Source: Actinomycetota bacterium
Lineage (GTDB): Bacteria > Actinomycetota > Actinomycetes > Actinomycetales > Microbacteriaceae
Assembly (NCBI GenBank): GCA_039804865.1
Contig: JBDLVH010000027.1
Location: forward strand, 4,193-68,192
Direction of reading: 5' to 3'
Length of the DNA: 64,000 nucleotides
Position 1 is the stretch's first letter. Each line of letters begins with the position of its first letter. A program made the position numbers and the translations under genes. Shown here piece after piece: positions 26,918 through 37,620 of this stretch. The notes beneath the pieces were generated by a model, which saw only the letters and a list, made by a program, of their open reading frames with translations, had not been told where the DNA came from and did no database searches.

Positions 26918-27580
26918 ATGGCACGTCCCAAGGGAAATCGCGAGGCCACCGAGGCTCGTCGCAGGGCCATCGTTGAGGCCGCCTTTGAGGTCTTTGGGCG
27001 CTTCGGCTACAACGGTTCGTCGCTGGCTCAGGTTGCCGAGATTGTGGGCATCACCGATGCCGCCATCGTGCACCACTTTGGCAGCAAGCGCGAGTTGATG
27101 CTTGCCGTTCTAACTCGTCGCGATGATCTGGATAACACCCTGATCTTCGACGACGACAACGGAATCGACTTTTCGGCCATCTGGCTAGACATCGCGGAGT
27201 ACAACTACAACCACCCAGGCATCGTGGAGCTCTTCACCGTGCTTGCAGCTGAGGCCACCTCGGAGGCCCACCCGGCACACGAGTACTTCAAAGATCGCTA
27301 TGTAATGGTTTACCAGCGCCTGCTCAAGTCTTTTGAGTGCCTGCGACGAGAAGGACACCTAAAGTCCAAGGAAACCTGCGAGGCTCTAGCCCGCAAACTA
27401 ATTGCCCTCTCGGACGGCATGCAGGTGCAGTGGCTACTTGACCGCAGCATCCAACTCTTGGACTATCACACCGATTTCTATAAAGAGGTGCTGAAGCCAA
27501 GTGCCTGGGAGCTGGTGCTTGCCAAGCGCAAGGTCAACGAACCCATGATCGCCGAGTACATCGCCAATAACGCGGCCTAG
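26918..27580 (+). CDS. TetR/AcrR-family regulator
   Basis: IVEAAFEVFGRFGYNGSSLAQVA...HHFGSKREL HTH; LAAEATSEAHPAHEYF and DGMQVQWL C-terminal domain seen in glycoside-locus TetRs. Confidence 0.92.
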   Translation: MARPKGNREATEARRRAIVEAAFEVFGRFGYNGSSLAQVAEIVGITDAAIVHHFGSKRELMLAVLTRRDDLDNTLIFDDDNGIDFSAIWLDIAEYNYNHPGIVELFTVLAAEATSEAHPAHEYFKDRYVMVYQRLLKSFECLRREGHLKSKETCEALARKLIALSDGMQVQWLLDRSIQLLDYHTDFYKEVLKPSAWELVLAKRKVNEPMIAEYIANNAA

Positions 27581-27607
27581 TTCGAATTGAACGGCCTCGC
27601 GCCGTTC

Positions 27608-28636
27608 TTAGTTAGTTGGCGCCAAAGTGCTGGCGCGAACTACAAGCTCAGGCTGGAACATCACGTGCCTGTGGGCATGGGTCGTAGTGTTGTCGATCTC
27701 ATCTACCAGCAACTGCAGTGCGGTGGCACCGATGGCCTCGGCAGGCTGGCGAATGGAACTGAGCGGCACAATGGCGGTTTCGGCAAAGTCGATATCGTCG
27801 TAGCCGATGATGGCAATCTCACCAGGGACCTGAACCTGATTCTTATAGACCAGGGCCTGAAGCAGGCCAACCGCCAGCAGATCATTGGCCGCAAAGATGG
27901 CGTCTGGACGTTGCGCATTTGGCAGCGCCAGAATCTCTTCACCGATTGCACGGCCAGCGAGCACGGTCATGGCCGTGGTCTGCATCACGTTCAAAGTTAC
28001 ATCGGCGTATCCGGAAACAGCTTCCTTGGCACCGTGAAGTCGCTCGGCAACCTGCTTGGTGGAAAGTGGGCCGCCAACAAAAGCCAAACGTCGTCGACCC
28101 TGCTGCAGCAGGTGGTTGGCCGCGGCTCGGCCACCTGATACGTCGTCAACACCAACAGAGCAACAGAGCGCTTCCTCGGCCTGCGCATCCACCAAAACCA
28201 CATTGAGCCCCTTGCCCTGCAGTTCGGTCACCAGCGGGCCAGGCTCACCTACGGGTGAAACCAGAACACCGGCCATGCGCTGCTGCTCAAAGAGATTGAG
28301 GTATTTGCGCTCACGCAACTCATCGTTGCCAGAGTTTCCAAGAATCAGAGAGTAACCCTGCTCCATGGCAAAGTCTTCGGCACCGCGAGCCAACTGACCG
28401 AAGAACGGGTTGGTGCTGTCGAGAACCACTAGGCCCACGGTCTGGCTCTTGCCAGCCTTGAGTTGACGGGCCGCGTCATTGCGCACAAAGCCAAGTTGGG
28501 CAATAGCCGCGTTGACCTTCTCTATGGTCTCGGACCGCACCTTGTCGGGGTTGTTGAGAACATTAGAGACGGTGCCAATGGCAACCCCAGCAAGACGAGC
28601 AACGTCTTGAACACTGGGGCGATTATTTGCTGCCAT
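27608..28636 (-). CDS. LacI-family regulator, likely rhamnose regulator
   Basis: SVQDVARLAGVAIGTVSNVLN HTH; divergent from rhaI; leaderless (TAAGGT 6 nt before ATG). Confidence 0.9.
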   Translation of the reverse strand: MAANNRPSVQDVARLAGVAIGTVSNVLNNPDKVRSETIEKVNAAIAQLGFVRNDAARQLKAGKSQTVGLVVLDSTNPFFGQLARGAEDFAMEQGYSLILGNSGNDELRERKYLNLFEQQRMAGVLVSPVGEPGPLVTELQGKGLNVVLVDAQAEEALCCSVGVDDVSGGRAAANHLLQQGRRRLAFVGGPLSTKQVAERLHGAKEAVSGYADVTLNVMQTTAMTVLAGRAIGEEILALPNAQRPDAIFAANDLLAVGLLQALVYKNQVQVPGEIAIIGYDDIDFAETAIVPLSSIRQPAEAIGATALQLLVDEIDNTTTHAHRHVMFQPELVVRASTLAPTN

Positions 28637-28669
28637 GGTTGCACCTTAATGAGCGGTTTATTGAAATCT

Positions 28670-28686
28670 ATTGAAATCGTTTCAAT
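28670..28686. promoter_or_regulatory. LacI-type operator near lacI promoter
   Basis: ATTGAAATCGTTTCAAT palindrome with 7-bp arms. Confidence 0.55.
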
Positions 28687-28749
28687 AATGGCATAGCCCT
28701 GAACGATGCCTGACATTTGGCGACTTTACCAAGCCGTTATCAAATCAAG

Positions 28750-28794
28750 TTGCGAATGAGGCCAAAAAGGCAATAGTCTTTTGAAACGATTCAA
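28750..28794 (+). promoter_or_regulatory. rha operon promoter with LacI operator
   Basis: TTGCGA-N18-TAGTCT followed by TTGAAACGATTCAA (28781-28794). Confidence 0.65.
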
Positions 28795-28813
28795 TACTGA
28801 GAGGTCGCGCACC

Positions 28814-29986
28814 ATGCTTTCCAACGACGCCAAAGCAGCCGTCTTTGCCCAACTAGATCACCAGGCCATCGAGCTACCGTCCTGGGCATTTGGAAACTCG
28901 GGCACCCGCTTCCGAGTATTCGGTTCGGCCGGAACCCCGCGCGACCCCTACGAGAAGATTGCCGACGCCGCTCAGGTGCACAAGTACACCGGCATCGCGC
29001 CAACCGTTGCGCTACACATTCCATGGGACAAGAGCGACTACGCAGACTTGCGCAAGCACGCCGAAGACAACGGCATCAAGCTTGGAACCGTAAACTCCAA
29101 CACCTTCCAGGACGAGGACTACAAGCTGGGTTCCATCACCCACAGCAACCCTGCAACCCGCCAGAAGGCAATCGACCACCACCTTGAGTGCATCGAAATC
29201 ATGCACCAGACCGGTTCGCAGGACCTCAAGATTTGGCTAGCCGACGGCACCAACTACCCAGGCCAGGACGACATGCGCGGCCGCCAAGACCGCTTAGCCG
29301 ACAGCCTGCAGCAGATCTACGCAGCTCTCGGTGACAACCAGCGCATGGTGCTTGAGTACAAGTTCTTTGAGCCAGCTTTCTACCACACCGACATTCCAGA
29401 CTGGGGTACCAGCTACGCTCAGGTGGCCGCCCTCGGTGAGAAGGCAATGGTTTGCCTAGACACCGGACACCACGCTCCGGGAACCAACATCGAGTTCATC
29501 GTGATGCAACTGCTTCGCCTTGGCAAGCTTGGTTCGTTCGACTTCAACAGCCGCTTCTACGCCGACGACGACCTAATCGTTGGTGCAGCCGACCCATTCC
29601 AACTCTTCCGCATCATGTACGAGGTAATCCGCGGCGGTGGCTACGGCCCGCAGAGCCCGGTTGCCTTCATGCTGGACCAGTGCCACAACATCGAGGACAA
29701 GATCCCTGGTCAGATTCGCTCAGTACTTAACGTGCAGGCTATGACCGCCCGCGCCCTGCTGGTTGACCGCGTTGCACTAGATGCGGCTCAGCGTGCCGGC
29801 GACGTGCTTGGCGCCAACGACATCTTCATGGACGCCTTCTACGCCGATGTTCGTCCGCTGCTTTCGGAGTGGCGCGAGGGCAAGGGCCTTCCTGCCAACC
29901 CAATCAAGGCATTCGCCGACTCGGGTTACCTAAAGCAGATTGCAGCAGATCGCGTTGGCGGAGTGCAGGCGGGCTGGGGCGCCTAA
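28814..29986 (+). CDS. rhaI: L-rhamnose isomerase (RhaI, actinobacterial subtype)
   Basis: ELPSWAFGNSGTRF, LHIPWD, WLADGTNYPGQ, LEYKFFEP, LDTGHH, DQCHNIE. Confidence 0.95.
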   Translation: MLSNDAKAAVFAQLDHQAIELPSWAFGNSGTRFRVFGSAGTPRDPYEKIADAAQVHKYTGIAPTVALHIPWDKSDYADLRKHAEDNGIKLGTVNSNTFQDEDYKLGSITHSNPATRQKAIDHHLECIEIMHQTGSQDLKIWLADGTNYPGQDDMRGRQDRLADSLQQIYAALGDNQRMVLEYKFFEPAFYHTDIPDWGTSYAQVAALGEKAMVCLDTGHHAPGTNIEFIVMQLLRLGKLGSFDFNSRFYADDDLIVGAADPFQLFRIMYEVIRGGGYGPQSPVAFMLDQCHNIEDKIPGQIRSVLNVQAMTARALLVDRVALDAAQRAGDVLGANDIFMDAFYADVRPLLSEWREGKGLPANPIKAFADSGYLKQIAADRVGGVQAGWGA

Positions 29987-30074
29987 GCGCTCCGTCTGTT
30001 TCCGGGCTCGCAACCGCGCTGTCACAATCCCAGACCACACTCCTTTTATCTAGACCACTCAAAACAGGATCGTA

Positions 30075-32108
30075 ATGAACAAGACCGCAGCAGAACTTCT
30101 GGCCCGTTCTAACCGTCTGGGCTCAGACCCAAAGAACACCAACTACGCCGGTGGCAACACCAGCGCCAAGGGCTTGGGTCTAGACCCTGCAACCGGCAAG
30201 GACATCGAGCTGGTTTGGGTTAAGGGTTCTGGCGGAGACCTGGGCACCCTAAAGGAAGCCGGCCTTGCCGTCCTGCAGCTGGAGCGCGTTCGTGCACTTA
30301 AGAACGTTTACCAGGGCGTAGACACCGAAGACGACATGGTTGCGGCCTTCGACTTCTGCCTTCACGGCCGTGGCGGCGCTGCTCCATCCATCGACACCGC
30401 GATGCACGCTTTGGTTGACGCGGCCCACATCGATCACCTGCACCCAGACAGCGGAATCGCCATCGCCACCTCGGTGGACGGCGAGCGCCTCACCGGCGAG
30501 ATCTTTGGCGACAAGGTGGTTTGGGTTCCATGGCGTCGCCCTGGCTTCCAGTTGGGTCTAGACATCGAGGCAATCAAGGCTGCCAACCCTCAGGCCATCG
30601 GCTGCATCTTGGGTGGTCACGGCATCACCGCCTGGGGCGCCACCAGTGATGAGTGCGAGAAGAACTCGCTCTGGATCATTGAAACCGCACAGGCCTACAT
30701 CGATGGCCACGCCAACGCCGAGCCATTCGGCCCGCTGGTTGCCGGCTTCGGTGCCATGGCCCCGGAAGAGCGTAAGGCTCGTGCCGCTGCCTTGGCTCCA
30801 CTTATCCGTGGCCTAGCTTCCTACGACAAGCCGATGGTTGGTCACTTCAACGACGCCCCTGAGGTACTTGATTTCCTATCGCGCGCCAAGTTAACCGAGC
30901 TGGCCGCCCTTGGCACCAGCTGCCCAGACCACTTCCTTCGCACCAAGGTAAAGCCAATGGTACTTGACCTGCCTGCCGATGCCGACATCGACACCGCCAA
31001 GGCTCGCCTGCGCGAACTGCACGAGGCCTACCGCGCCGACTACCAGGCTTACTACGACGCCCACGCTACCGATGCATCGCCAGCGATGCGCGGAGCCGAC
31101 CCAGCCATCGTGCTGATTCCAGGCGTTGGCATGTTCTCGTTCGGTGCCAACAAGCAGACCGCCCGCGTTGCCGGTGAGTTCTACCTAAACGCCATCAACG
31201 TGATGCGCGGAGCCGAGACCATCAGCAAGTACCAGCCGATCTCAGACGCCGAGAAGTTCAACATCGAGTACTGGAGCCTCGAAGAGGCCAAGCTGCAGCG
31301 CATGCCAAAGCCAAAGCCGCTGGCCACCCGCGTGGCATTTGTCACCGGTGCCGGCAGTGGTATCGGCAAGGCCATCGCCACCCGCATTGTTGCCGAAGGC
31401 GGTTGCGTTGTAATCGCAGACCTAAACCTTGAGGCAGCTCAGGAAGTTGCCACCGAACTTGGCGGCCGCGATCACGCGCTTGCCCTGGCCATCGATGTCA
31501 CCAGCGAAGAGGCAATCATCGCTGCCCTGAATGCAGCCGTTGTTGAGTTTGGCGGTGTTGACCTCATTGTCAACAACGCCGGCCTATCGCTGAGCAAGCC
31601 GCTGCTGGAGACCACTCAGAAGGACTGGGACCTGCAGCACAACGTGATGGCTCGCGGTTCGTTCCTAGTAGCACGTGAATCTGCTCGCATCATGATCGAG
31701 CAGGGCATGGGCGGCGACATCATCTACATCGCCAGCAAGAACTCGGTATTCGCCGGGCCAAACAACATCGCATACTCGGCCACCAAGGCAGACCAGGCCC
31801 ACCAGGTTCGACTGCTTGCAGCCGAACTGGGCGAACACCAGATTCGCGTCAACGGCATCAACCCTGATGGCGTGGTTCGTGGCTCGGGCATCTTTGCCGG
31901 CGGCTGGGGTGCTTCGCGTGCCGCGGTTTACGGCGTGAAGGAAGAGAACCTGGGCGCCTACTACGCCCAGCGCACTCTGCTAAAGCGCGAAGTGCTGCCA
32001 GACCACGTTGCCAACGCGGTGATTGCAATCACCGGTGGCGAGCTAACCCACACCACTGGCTTGCACATTCCGGTGGACGCCGGTGTGGCTGCCGCCTTCC
32101 TGCGCTAG
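30075..32108 (+). CDS. rhaD: Bifunctional rhamnulose-1-phosphate aldolase / short-chain dehydrogenase (RhaD/RhaEW)
   Basis: GGNTSAK, VKGSGGDL, DHLHPD aldolase domain; TGAGSGIG, NNAG, YSATK SDR domain. Confidence 0.95.
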   Translation: MNKTAAELLARSNRLGSDPKNTNYAGGNTSAKGLGLDPATGKDIELVWVKGSGGDLGTLKEAGLAVLQLERVRALKNVYQGVDTEDDMVAAFDFCLHGRGGAAPSIDTAMHALVDAAHIDHLHPDSGIAIATSVDGERLTGEIFGDKVVWVPWRRPGFQLGLDIEAIKAANPQAIGCILGGHGITAWGATSDECEKNSLWIIETAQAYIDGHANAEPFGPLVAGFGAMAPEERKARAAALAPLIRGLASYDKPMVGHFNDAPEVLDFLSRAKLTELAALGTSCPDHFLRTKVKPMVLDLPADADIDTAKARLRELHEAYRADYQAYYDAHATDASPAMRGADPAIVLIPGVGMFSFGANKQTARVAGEFYLNAINVMRGAETISKYQPISDAEKFNIEYWSLEEAKLQRMPKPKPLATRVAFVTGAGSGIGKAIATRIVAEGGCVVIADLNLEAAQEVATELGGRDHALALAIDVTSEEAIIAALNAAVVEFGGVDLIVNNAGLSLSKPLLETTQKDWDLQHNVMARGSFLVARESARIMIEQGMGGDIIYIASKNSVFAGPNNIAYSATKADQAHQVRLLAAELGEHQIRVNGINPDGVVRGSGIFAGGWGASRAAVYGVKEENLGAYYAQRTLLKREVLPDHVANAVIAITGGELTHTTGLHIPVDAGVAAAFLR

Positions 32109-32126
32109 AACCAAGGGCTCAGAGCA

Positions 32127-33566
32127 GTGAAGCTATTTGGCGCGATTGACCTCGGGGCATCCTCGGGGCGAGTCATCGCTGGCTTGATCGGTGACGGCAA
32201 GTTGGAGCTGACCGAGATCCACCGATTTGCCAATGTGCCGCAGCAAGAAGACGGCAATATCTTTTGGGACTTTGCCGCGCTTCAGCACGATATCTCGGTG
32301 GGCATTGGCAAGCTAGCAGACCACGCTGCCGGCCTTGGCCTGGAGGTAACAAGTCTGGGAATCGACACCTGGGCGGTTGACTACGGTTTGCTTGGCGCCG
32401 ATGGCAAGTTGCTGGCACGCCCTCGCATGTACCGCGATGAGCGCAATCCATTGGCTGCGGCCGAGGTTGCCAAGGTGGTTTCCGCGGAGGAACAGTACCG
32501 CCGTAACGGCCTCCAGTTCTTGCCGTTCAACACCCTTTATCAGCTTTGGGCCAACAAGCACCAAGACCCAGCCCAGTGGGATGCCGCCCAGACCATGCTG
32601 CTCATTCCAGACCTGCTGGGAAACTGGCTCACCGGTGAGGTTTACACCGAACGCACCAACGCCTCCACCACCGGACTGCTATCGGTAACCAGCCACGAGT
32701 GGGACTGGGAACTGATTGACAAGTTGGGCTTCAAGCGCAGCCTGTTTACTCGCCTGGTCGATTCGGGCGAGGTACTCGGAAAACTGCTTCCGCAGCACGC
32801 TTCCCACCCTGCTCTGGTAAACACCGTGGTCACCGTGGTCCCTTCGCATGACACCGCGGCCGCAGTGGTTGGCAGCCCGTTGGCCGCCCAAAACTCGGCC
32901 TACCTCAGCAGCGGAACCTGGAGCCTGCTTGGATTCGAACTTGAGCAGCCAGTTGTTACTGAAGCCGGTCGCGCCGCAAACTTCACCAACGAACTCGGTG
33001 CCCACAATCGCACCCGCTTCCTAAAAAACCTGAGTGGCCTTTGGTTGCTGCAGCAGTCGATGCTGGAGTGGCAGCAGGAAGACGCCAGCGTGACCCTGCC
33101 AGAACTTTTGGCCGAGGCAGCCGGCGTCAACTCCGCCACCCGCATCGATGTGAACGGGCCGGCCTTTGTCAGCCCGGGCGACATGCCAGCCAAGATTGTT
33201 GCCGCCTGCGTTGCCGGCGGTTTCCCTGCTCCCCAAACCCGCGCTGAGATTGTGCGCTGCATCCTAGACTCGCTAGCCGACGCCTACGCGGTTGCCATCA
33301 AGGAAATGCAGGCAATCACCGGCATCACCGTGAAGCAACTAAATGTGGTTGGCGGCGGCAGCCTGAACCAGCTTTTGGCGCAACTAACCGCGGATGCCGC
33401 CGACGTGCCCGTGCTGGCCGGCCCGGTTGAGGCTACCGCACTCGGCAACCTGGTGTCCCAGGCCGGAGCCCACAGTGCGGCTCCACATGATCTAGACGGA
33501 CAGCGCGCGCTGATTCGTGCCCACTTTTCACCTAGCCTGTTTACACCGAGCCAAACCAAACACTGA
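32127..33566 (+). CDS. rhaB: Rhamnulokinase
   Basis: AIDLGASSGR, GIDTWAVDY, FNTLYQL, SHDTAAAV, SSGTWSL, FTNE, VGGGS, GPVEATALGN. Confidence 0.95.
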   Translation: MKLFGAIDLGASSGRVIAGLIGDGKLELTEIHRFANVPQQEDGNIFWDFAALQHDISVGIGKLADHAAGLGLEVTSLGIDTWAVDYGLLGADGKLLARPRMYRDERNPLAAAEVAKVVSAEEQYRRNGLQFLPFNTLYQLWANKHQDPAQWDAAQTMLLIPDLLGNWLTGEVYTERTNASTTGLLSVTSHEWDWELIDKLGFKRSLFTRLVDSGEVLGKLLPQHASHPALVNTVVTVVPSHDTAAAVVGSPLAAQNSAYLSSGTWSLLGFELEQPVVTEAGRAANFTNELGAHNRTRFLKNLSGLWLLQQSMLEWQQEDASVTLPELLAEAAGVNSATRIDVNGPAFVSPGDMPAKIVAACVAGGFPAPQTRAEIVRCILDSLADAYAVAIKEMQAITGITVKQLNVVGGGSLNQLLAQLTADAADVPVLAGPVEATALGNLVSQAGAHSAAPHDLDGQRALIRAHFSPSLFTPSQTKH

Positions 33567-33581
33567 CGCAAGGACGCATCA

Positions 33582-36236
33582 ATGGACAAGCAAACCGTAA
33601 TCAGCTCGCTCTTCAGTGAATACGACGAGAGCCTGATTGGCCTGCCTGGCAAGGCTCCCCTGCTGAGCTGGAAGGTAACCAGCAAGAAGGCTGATGCCAT
33701 TCAGATTGGTTACGAGCTTCAGGCAGCCCACGAACCAGCCTTCAAGAAGCCGCTGGCAGCCGACGCAACCGCGAGCGCCGCGAGTCAGTTCATCGTTGCC
33801 CCGGGTGGAGAGCTCTCCAGTCGAGAGGTTCGCTACTACCGTGTGCGCATCGAGACCAACCACGGCTGGACCGGCTGGTCTGACACCCTGCGCTACGAAG
33901 CTGGCCTGCTGCAGGCAAGCGATTGGGCGGGTCACGCCATCGGTGCAGTATCACTTGCCGAGGGCCCAACTGACCTGCTGCGCACCACCTTTGAGATCTC
34001 TAAGCCGGTTGCTTCGGCCCGCCTCTACGCCACCGCGCTGGGTGTTTTTGATCAGTACCTAAACGGCGAGGCAGTTGCCGAGGACATCCTCAACCCGGGC
34101 TGGACCAGCTACTGGAACCGCGTTTCGGTTATCACCAAGGACGTCACCAACCTGCTGGTTGAGGGCAAGAATGCCTGGGGTGTTGAGCTGGGTGATGGAT
34201 GGTACCGCGGCCGTTTCGGCTTTGTAAGCCAGAGCAACAACTACGGCGCCGAGACCGCCTACCTTGGTCAGCTTGAGGTCACCTACACCGATGGCACCAC
34301 CCAAGTTTTCAGCACCAAGCCAAACTGGAAGACCGCCAGCGGCGAGACCCAGACCGCCAGCATCTACGACGGCACCACCCTGGACTTCAACCAGGAGAAG
34401 TCGGGCTGGAAGACTTCGGCCTACGACGACAAGGACTGGGCCTCGGTAAAGGTTCGACCAATCGACCGCAGCGGCTTGGAGCCACAGACCGTGGCACCGG
34501 TTCGCGTGATCGCAGAAACCCCTTGCGAGTGGGTGCACCGCGAGGATGCCCTTCGCATCAACGTTGGTCAGAACATTGCCGGCTGGCTAAAGATCCGCGT
34601 TCGCGGAGTTGCCGGTGCACAGATCGTGGTGCGTCACGCCGAAGTGCTAGAGCGAGACGGCAAGCTGCACACCGCCGCGCTGCGAAGCGCCAAAGCCACC
34701 GACACCTACATCTTGGCCAACGAGGGCGAGATCACCCTCGAGCCTCGGTTCACCTTCCACGGCTTCCAGTACGCCGACATCGCAACCAGCGGTGGCGCAG
34801 TTGAGGTCCTTGAGGTAACCGCCATTGCCATCAGCAGCGACATCGAGGTGCGTGGTCACTTCAAGTCTTCGCACGAGCTGCTGAACAAACTGGAGAGCAA
34901 CACCTTCTGGAGCTTGCGCGATAACTTCATCAGCATTCCAACCGACTGCCCGCAGCGTGATGAGCGCATGGGCTGGACCGGCGACGCCCAGGCCTTCAGC
35001 TACACCGCACACACCCTGGTTGATGACTACCAGTTCTTCAAGAGCTGGCTGGTAGACCTGAAGCACGACCAGTATGCCAACGGCGACGTGCCGGTTGTGG
35101 TTCCGGATATCCTCACCATCCAGAACCCACAGGGCAGCAAGTTCACCGAGTTCCCTGCAGCCGGCTGGGCCGACGCCGCCACCGTAGTTCCTTGGTCGCT
35201 CTACAGCCGCTTCGGCGACACCGAGGTATTGGCTTCACAGTTGGATTCGATGCGCAAGTGGGTAAACCGCTTCGCCGAACTGCGCGATGGGGCAGATCTG
35301 ATTCCGCCAATCATGCAGCTTGGCGACTGGCTAGACCCAGACGCCCCTGAGGGCGCACCTTGGGCCGCCAAGGTCTCGGGTCAGTTCATGGCAAACTCTT
35401 ACCTGGCCTGGAGCGCACTACTGCTTAGCCGCATGGAGAAGCTGGTTGGAACTGCCGCAATGGCAAAGCACTTCCACCAGCTATTTGAGGGCACCCGCGA
35501 TGCAATCTGGCGTGACCTAGCAGCCGATGCCCGCAAGACCCCAACCGGCATGGCAACCCTGCTTGAGTTTGAGCTGGCACCAGCCACCGAGCGCACCGCC
35601 ATCGCAGCTGAACTGGCGGCAAACTCGCGCGCAGCCGAGGGCCGTATCCAGACCGGCTTCCTGGGCACCCCAATCATCATGGATGCGCTTAGCAAGTCCG
35701 GTCACTACGACGAAGCCTTCGAGATGCTGCTGCGCACCAAGGTGCGTTCTTGGCTATACCCAATCACCATGGGTGCCACCACCATCTGGGAACGTTGGGA
35801 GGCCATCCGCGAGGACGGCAGTATCTCCGACGGCGGCCTGGACAACCCTGCCGATGGCTCGGGTTCCGGCATGCTTAGCTTCAACCACTACGCCTACGGT
35901 GCGGTGGTCGACTGGATGTACCGCAACATCGGTGGCATCGCGCCAGCAGCACCGGGCTACCAGAAGGTAACCATCGCCCCGCGCCCGCACACCCACGTAA
36001 CCAGCTGCGACACCAAGCTGACCACCGGCTACGGCGACCTCGCACTGACCTGGGAGATTTCGGACAGCAACCTAGTTGGCCAGCTGACCGTTCCGTTTGG
36101 CGTGGAGGCAAAGTTTGACCTGCGCCTGAGCGCCAACAGCATCCTGCTGGTTAATGGCGCCCGCGTAAAGAAGGGCCAGCCGTTTGGTCACGGCAGCTAC
36201 AAGTTCACCGTCAACAACCCGTTGATTGCACGATAG
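33582..36236 (+). CDS. GH78 alpha-L-rhamnosidase, copy 1
   Basis: [41 protein letters not shown]; no signal peptide. Confidence 0.93.
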   Translation: MDKQTVISSLFSEYDESLIGLPGKAPLLSWKVTSKKADAIQIGYELQAAHEPAFKKPLAADATASAASQFIVAPGGELSSREVRYYRVRIETNHGWTGWSDTLRYEAGLLQASDWAGHAIGAVSLAEGPTDLLRTTFEISKPVASARLYATALGVFDQYLNGEAVAEDILNPGWTSYWNRVSVITKDVTNLLVEGKNAWGVELGDGWYRGRFGFVSQSNNYGAETAYLGQLEVTYTDGTTQVFSTKPNWKTASGETQTASIYDGTTLDFNQEKSGWKTSAYDDKDWASVKVRPIDRSGLEPQTVAPVRVIAETPCEWVHREDALRINVGQNIAGWLKIRVRGVAGAQIVVRHAEVLERDGKLHTAALRSAKATDTYILANEGEITLEPRFTFHGFQYADIATSGGAVEVLEVTAIAISSDIEVRGHFKSSHELLNKLESNTFWSLRDNFISIPTDCPQRDERMGWTGDAQAFSYTAHTLVDDYQFFKSWLVDLKHDQYANGDVPVVVPDILTIQNPQGSKFTEFPAAGWADAATVVPWSLYSRFGDTEVLASQLDSMRKWVNRFAELRDGADLIPPIMQLGDWLDPDAPEGAPWAAKVSGQFMANSYLAWSALLLSRMEKLVGTAAMAKHFHQLFEGTRDAIWRDLAADARKTPTGMATLLEFELAPATERTAIAAELAANSRAAEGRIQTGFLGTPIIMDALSKSGHYDEAFEMLLRTKVRSWLYPITMGATTIWERWEAIREDGSISDGGLDNPADGSGSGMLSFNHYAYGAVVDWMYRNIGGIAPAAPGYQKVTIAPRPHTHVTSCDTKLTTGYGDLALTWEISDSNLVGQLTVPFGVEAKFDLRLSANSILLVNGARVKKGQPFGHGSYKFTVNNPLIAR

Positions 36237-36243
36237 GAAAATA

Positions 36244-37479
36244 ATGGGCAACATCAAACGTCGCTTCCCAAACCCAAAGGACCTCGCCGAGCTGATGGTC
36301 TTCAAGACTCCTCAGTTTGGCCGTGAGGCTCGCCTGAAGCAGGCTCACACCATCTACGAACTTCGCGACATCGCCAAGAAGCGCACCCCAACCGCGCCGT
36401 TCGACTACACCGATGGTTCGGCCGACCAGGAGATCTCGCTCACCCGCGCCCGCCAGGCGTTTGAAGACATCGAGTGGAACCCATCGATTCTTCGCAACGT
36501 TGCAGATGCCGACACCTCCATCGAGGTATTGGGCCAGCGTTCGGCACTTCCGTTTGGAATCGCCCCAACCGGCTTTACCCGCATGATGCACTCCGAGGGC
36601 GAGCAGGCGGGCGCACAAGCCGCCGAGGCCGCGGGAATTCCATTCTCACTCAGCACCATGGGCACTCGCAGCATCGAAGAGGTTGCCGAGTTTGCACCAA
36701 ACGGCCGCAACATGTTCCAGCTTTACATGTGGAAGGACCGCGACCGCAGCATGGAGCTGGTTGACCGCGCTTGGAAGGCCGGCTTCGAGACCCTGCAGCT
36801 AACCGTTGACGTGCCGGTTGCAGGTGCCCGCCTGCGCGACAAGCGCAATGGCATGACTATTCCGCCACAGCTAACCCTGGGTACCGTCATCGATGCCCTG
36901 CCTCGCCCAGAGTGGTGGATCAACTTCCTAACCACCGACCCACTGAAGTTCGCTTCGCTGGGCCAGTGGAACGGCACCGTTGGCGAGCTGCTGGACAAGA
37001 TGTTTGACCCAACCGTCACCTTCGAGGACCTGCAGTGGATTCGCGAGCAGTGGAAGGGCAAACTAGTTGTAAAGGGCATCCAGAACGTTGAGGACGCCAA
37101 GCGCGCCGTCAGTTCTGGCGCCGACGCGGTGCTGCTTTCTAACCACGGTGGCCGCCAGCTAGACCGCGCACCGATTCCATTCCACCTGCTGCCAGAAACC
37201 GTCAAGCAGGTTGGCAAGGATGCCGAGGTTTGGGTAGACACAGGCATAATGCACGGCCAGGACATCGTGGCCTGTATTGCCAAGGGTGCAACCTTCACCC
37301 TGATTGGCCGCGCTTACCTTTACGGCCTAATGGCCGGTGGCCGCGAAGGCGTTGACCGCACCATCGAGATCCTGCGCAGCGAGATCGTTCGCACCATGAA
37401 GCTGCTGGGCGTCAACTCACTTGATGAGCTAAACGCCGACCACGTCAAGATCCTGGAGCGCCTCACCGAGAAGCGCTAA
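36244..37479 (+). CDS. lldD: FMN-dependent alpha-hydroxy-acid dehydrogenase (L-lactate dehydrogenase)
   Basis: [34 protein letters not shown]; ATG at 36244 after AGGA. Confidence 0.9.
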   Translation: MGNIKRRFPNPKDLAELMVFKTPQFGREARLKQAHTIYELRDIAKKRTPTAPFDYTDGSADQEISLTRARQAFEDIEWNPSILRNVADADTSIEVLGQRSALPFGIAPTGFTRMMHSEGEQAGAQAAEAAGIPFSLSTMGTRSIEEVAEFAPNGRNMFQLYMWKDRDRSMELVDRAWKAGFETLQLTVDVPVAGARLRDKRNGMTIPPQLTLGTVIDALPRPEWWINFLTTDPLKFASLGQWNGTVGELLDKMFDPTVTFEDLQWIREQWKGKLVVKGIQNVEDAKRAVSSGADAVLLSNHGGRQLDRAPIPFHLLPETVKQVGKDAEVWVDTGIMHGQDIVACIAKGATFTLIGRAYLYGLMAGGREGVDRTIEILRSEIVRTMKLLGVNSLDELNADHVKILERLTEKR

Positions 37480-37489
37480 AACTAGCTCT

Positions 37490-37531
37490 CAAAATCGCCC
37501 CGAATTTCCTCATAGATTCGGGGCGATTTTG
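37490..37531 (+). terminator. Intrinsic terminator of rha operon
   Basis: CAAAATCGCCCCGAAT-N10-ATTCGGGGCGATTTTG. Confidence 0.8.
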
Positions 37532-37620
37532 TTACCCATATGCTGACTATACGGCGCCCTTTAAACCCTTGGTCCAGCGCATACCGGCGGTAGGCTAGGA
37601 GAAAACATCAAGGTGAAATA

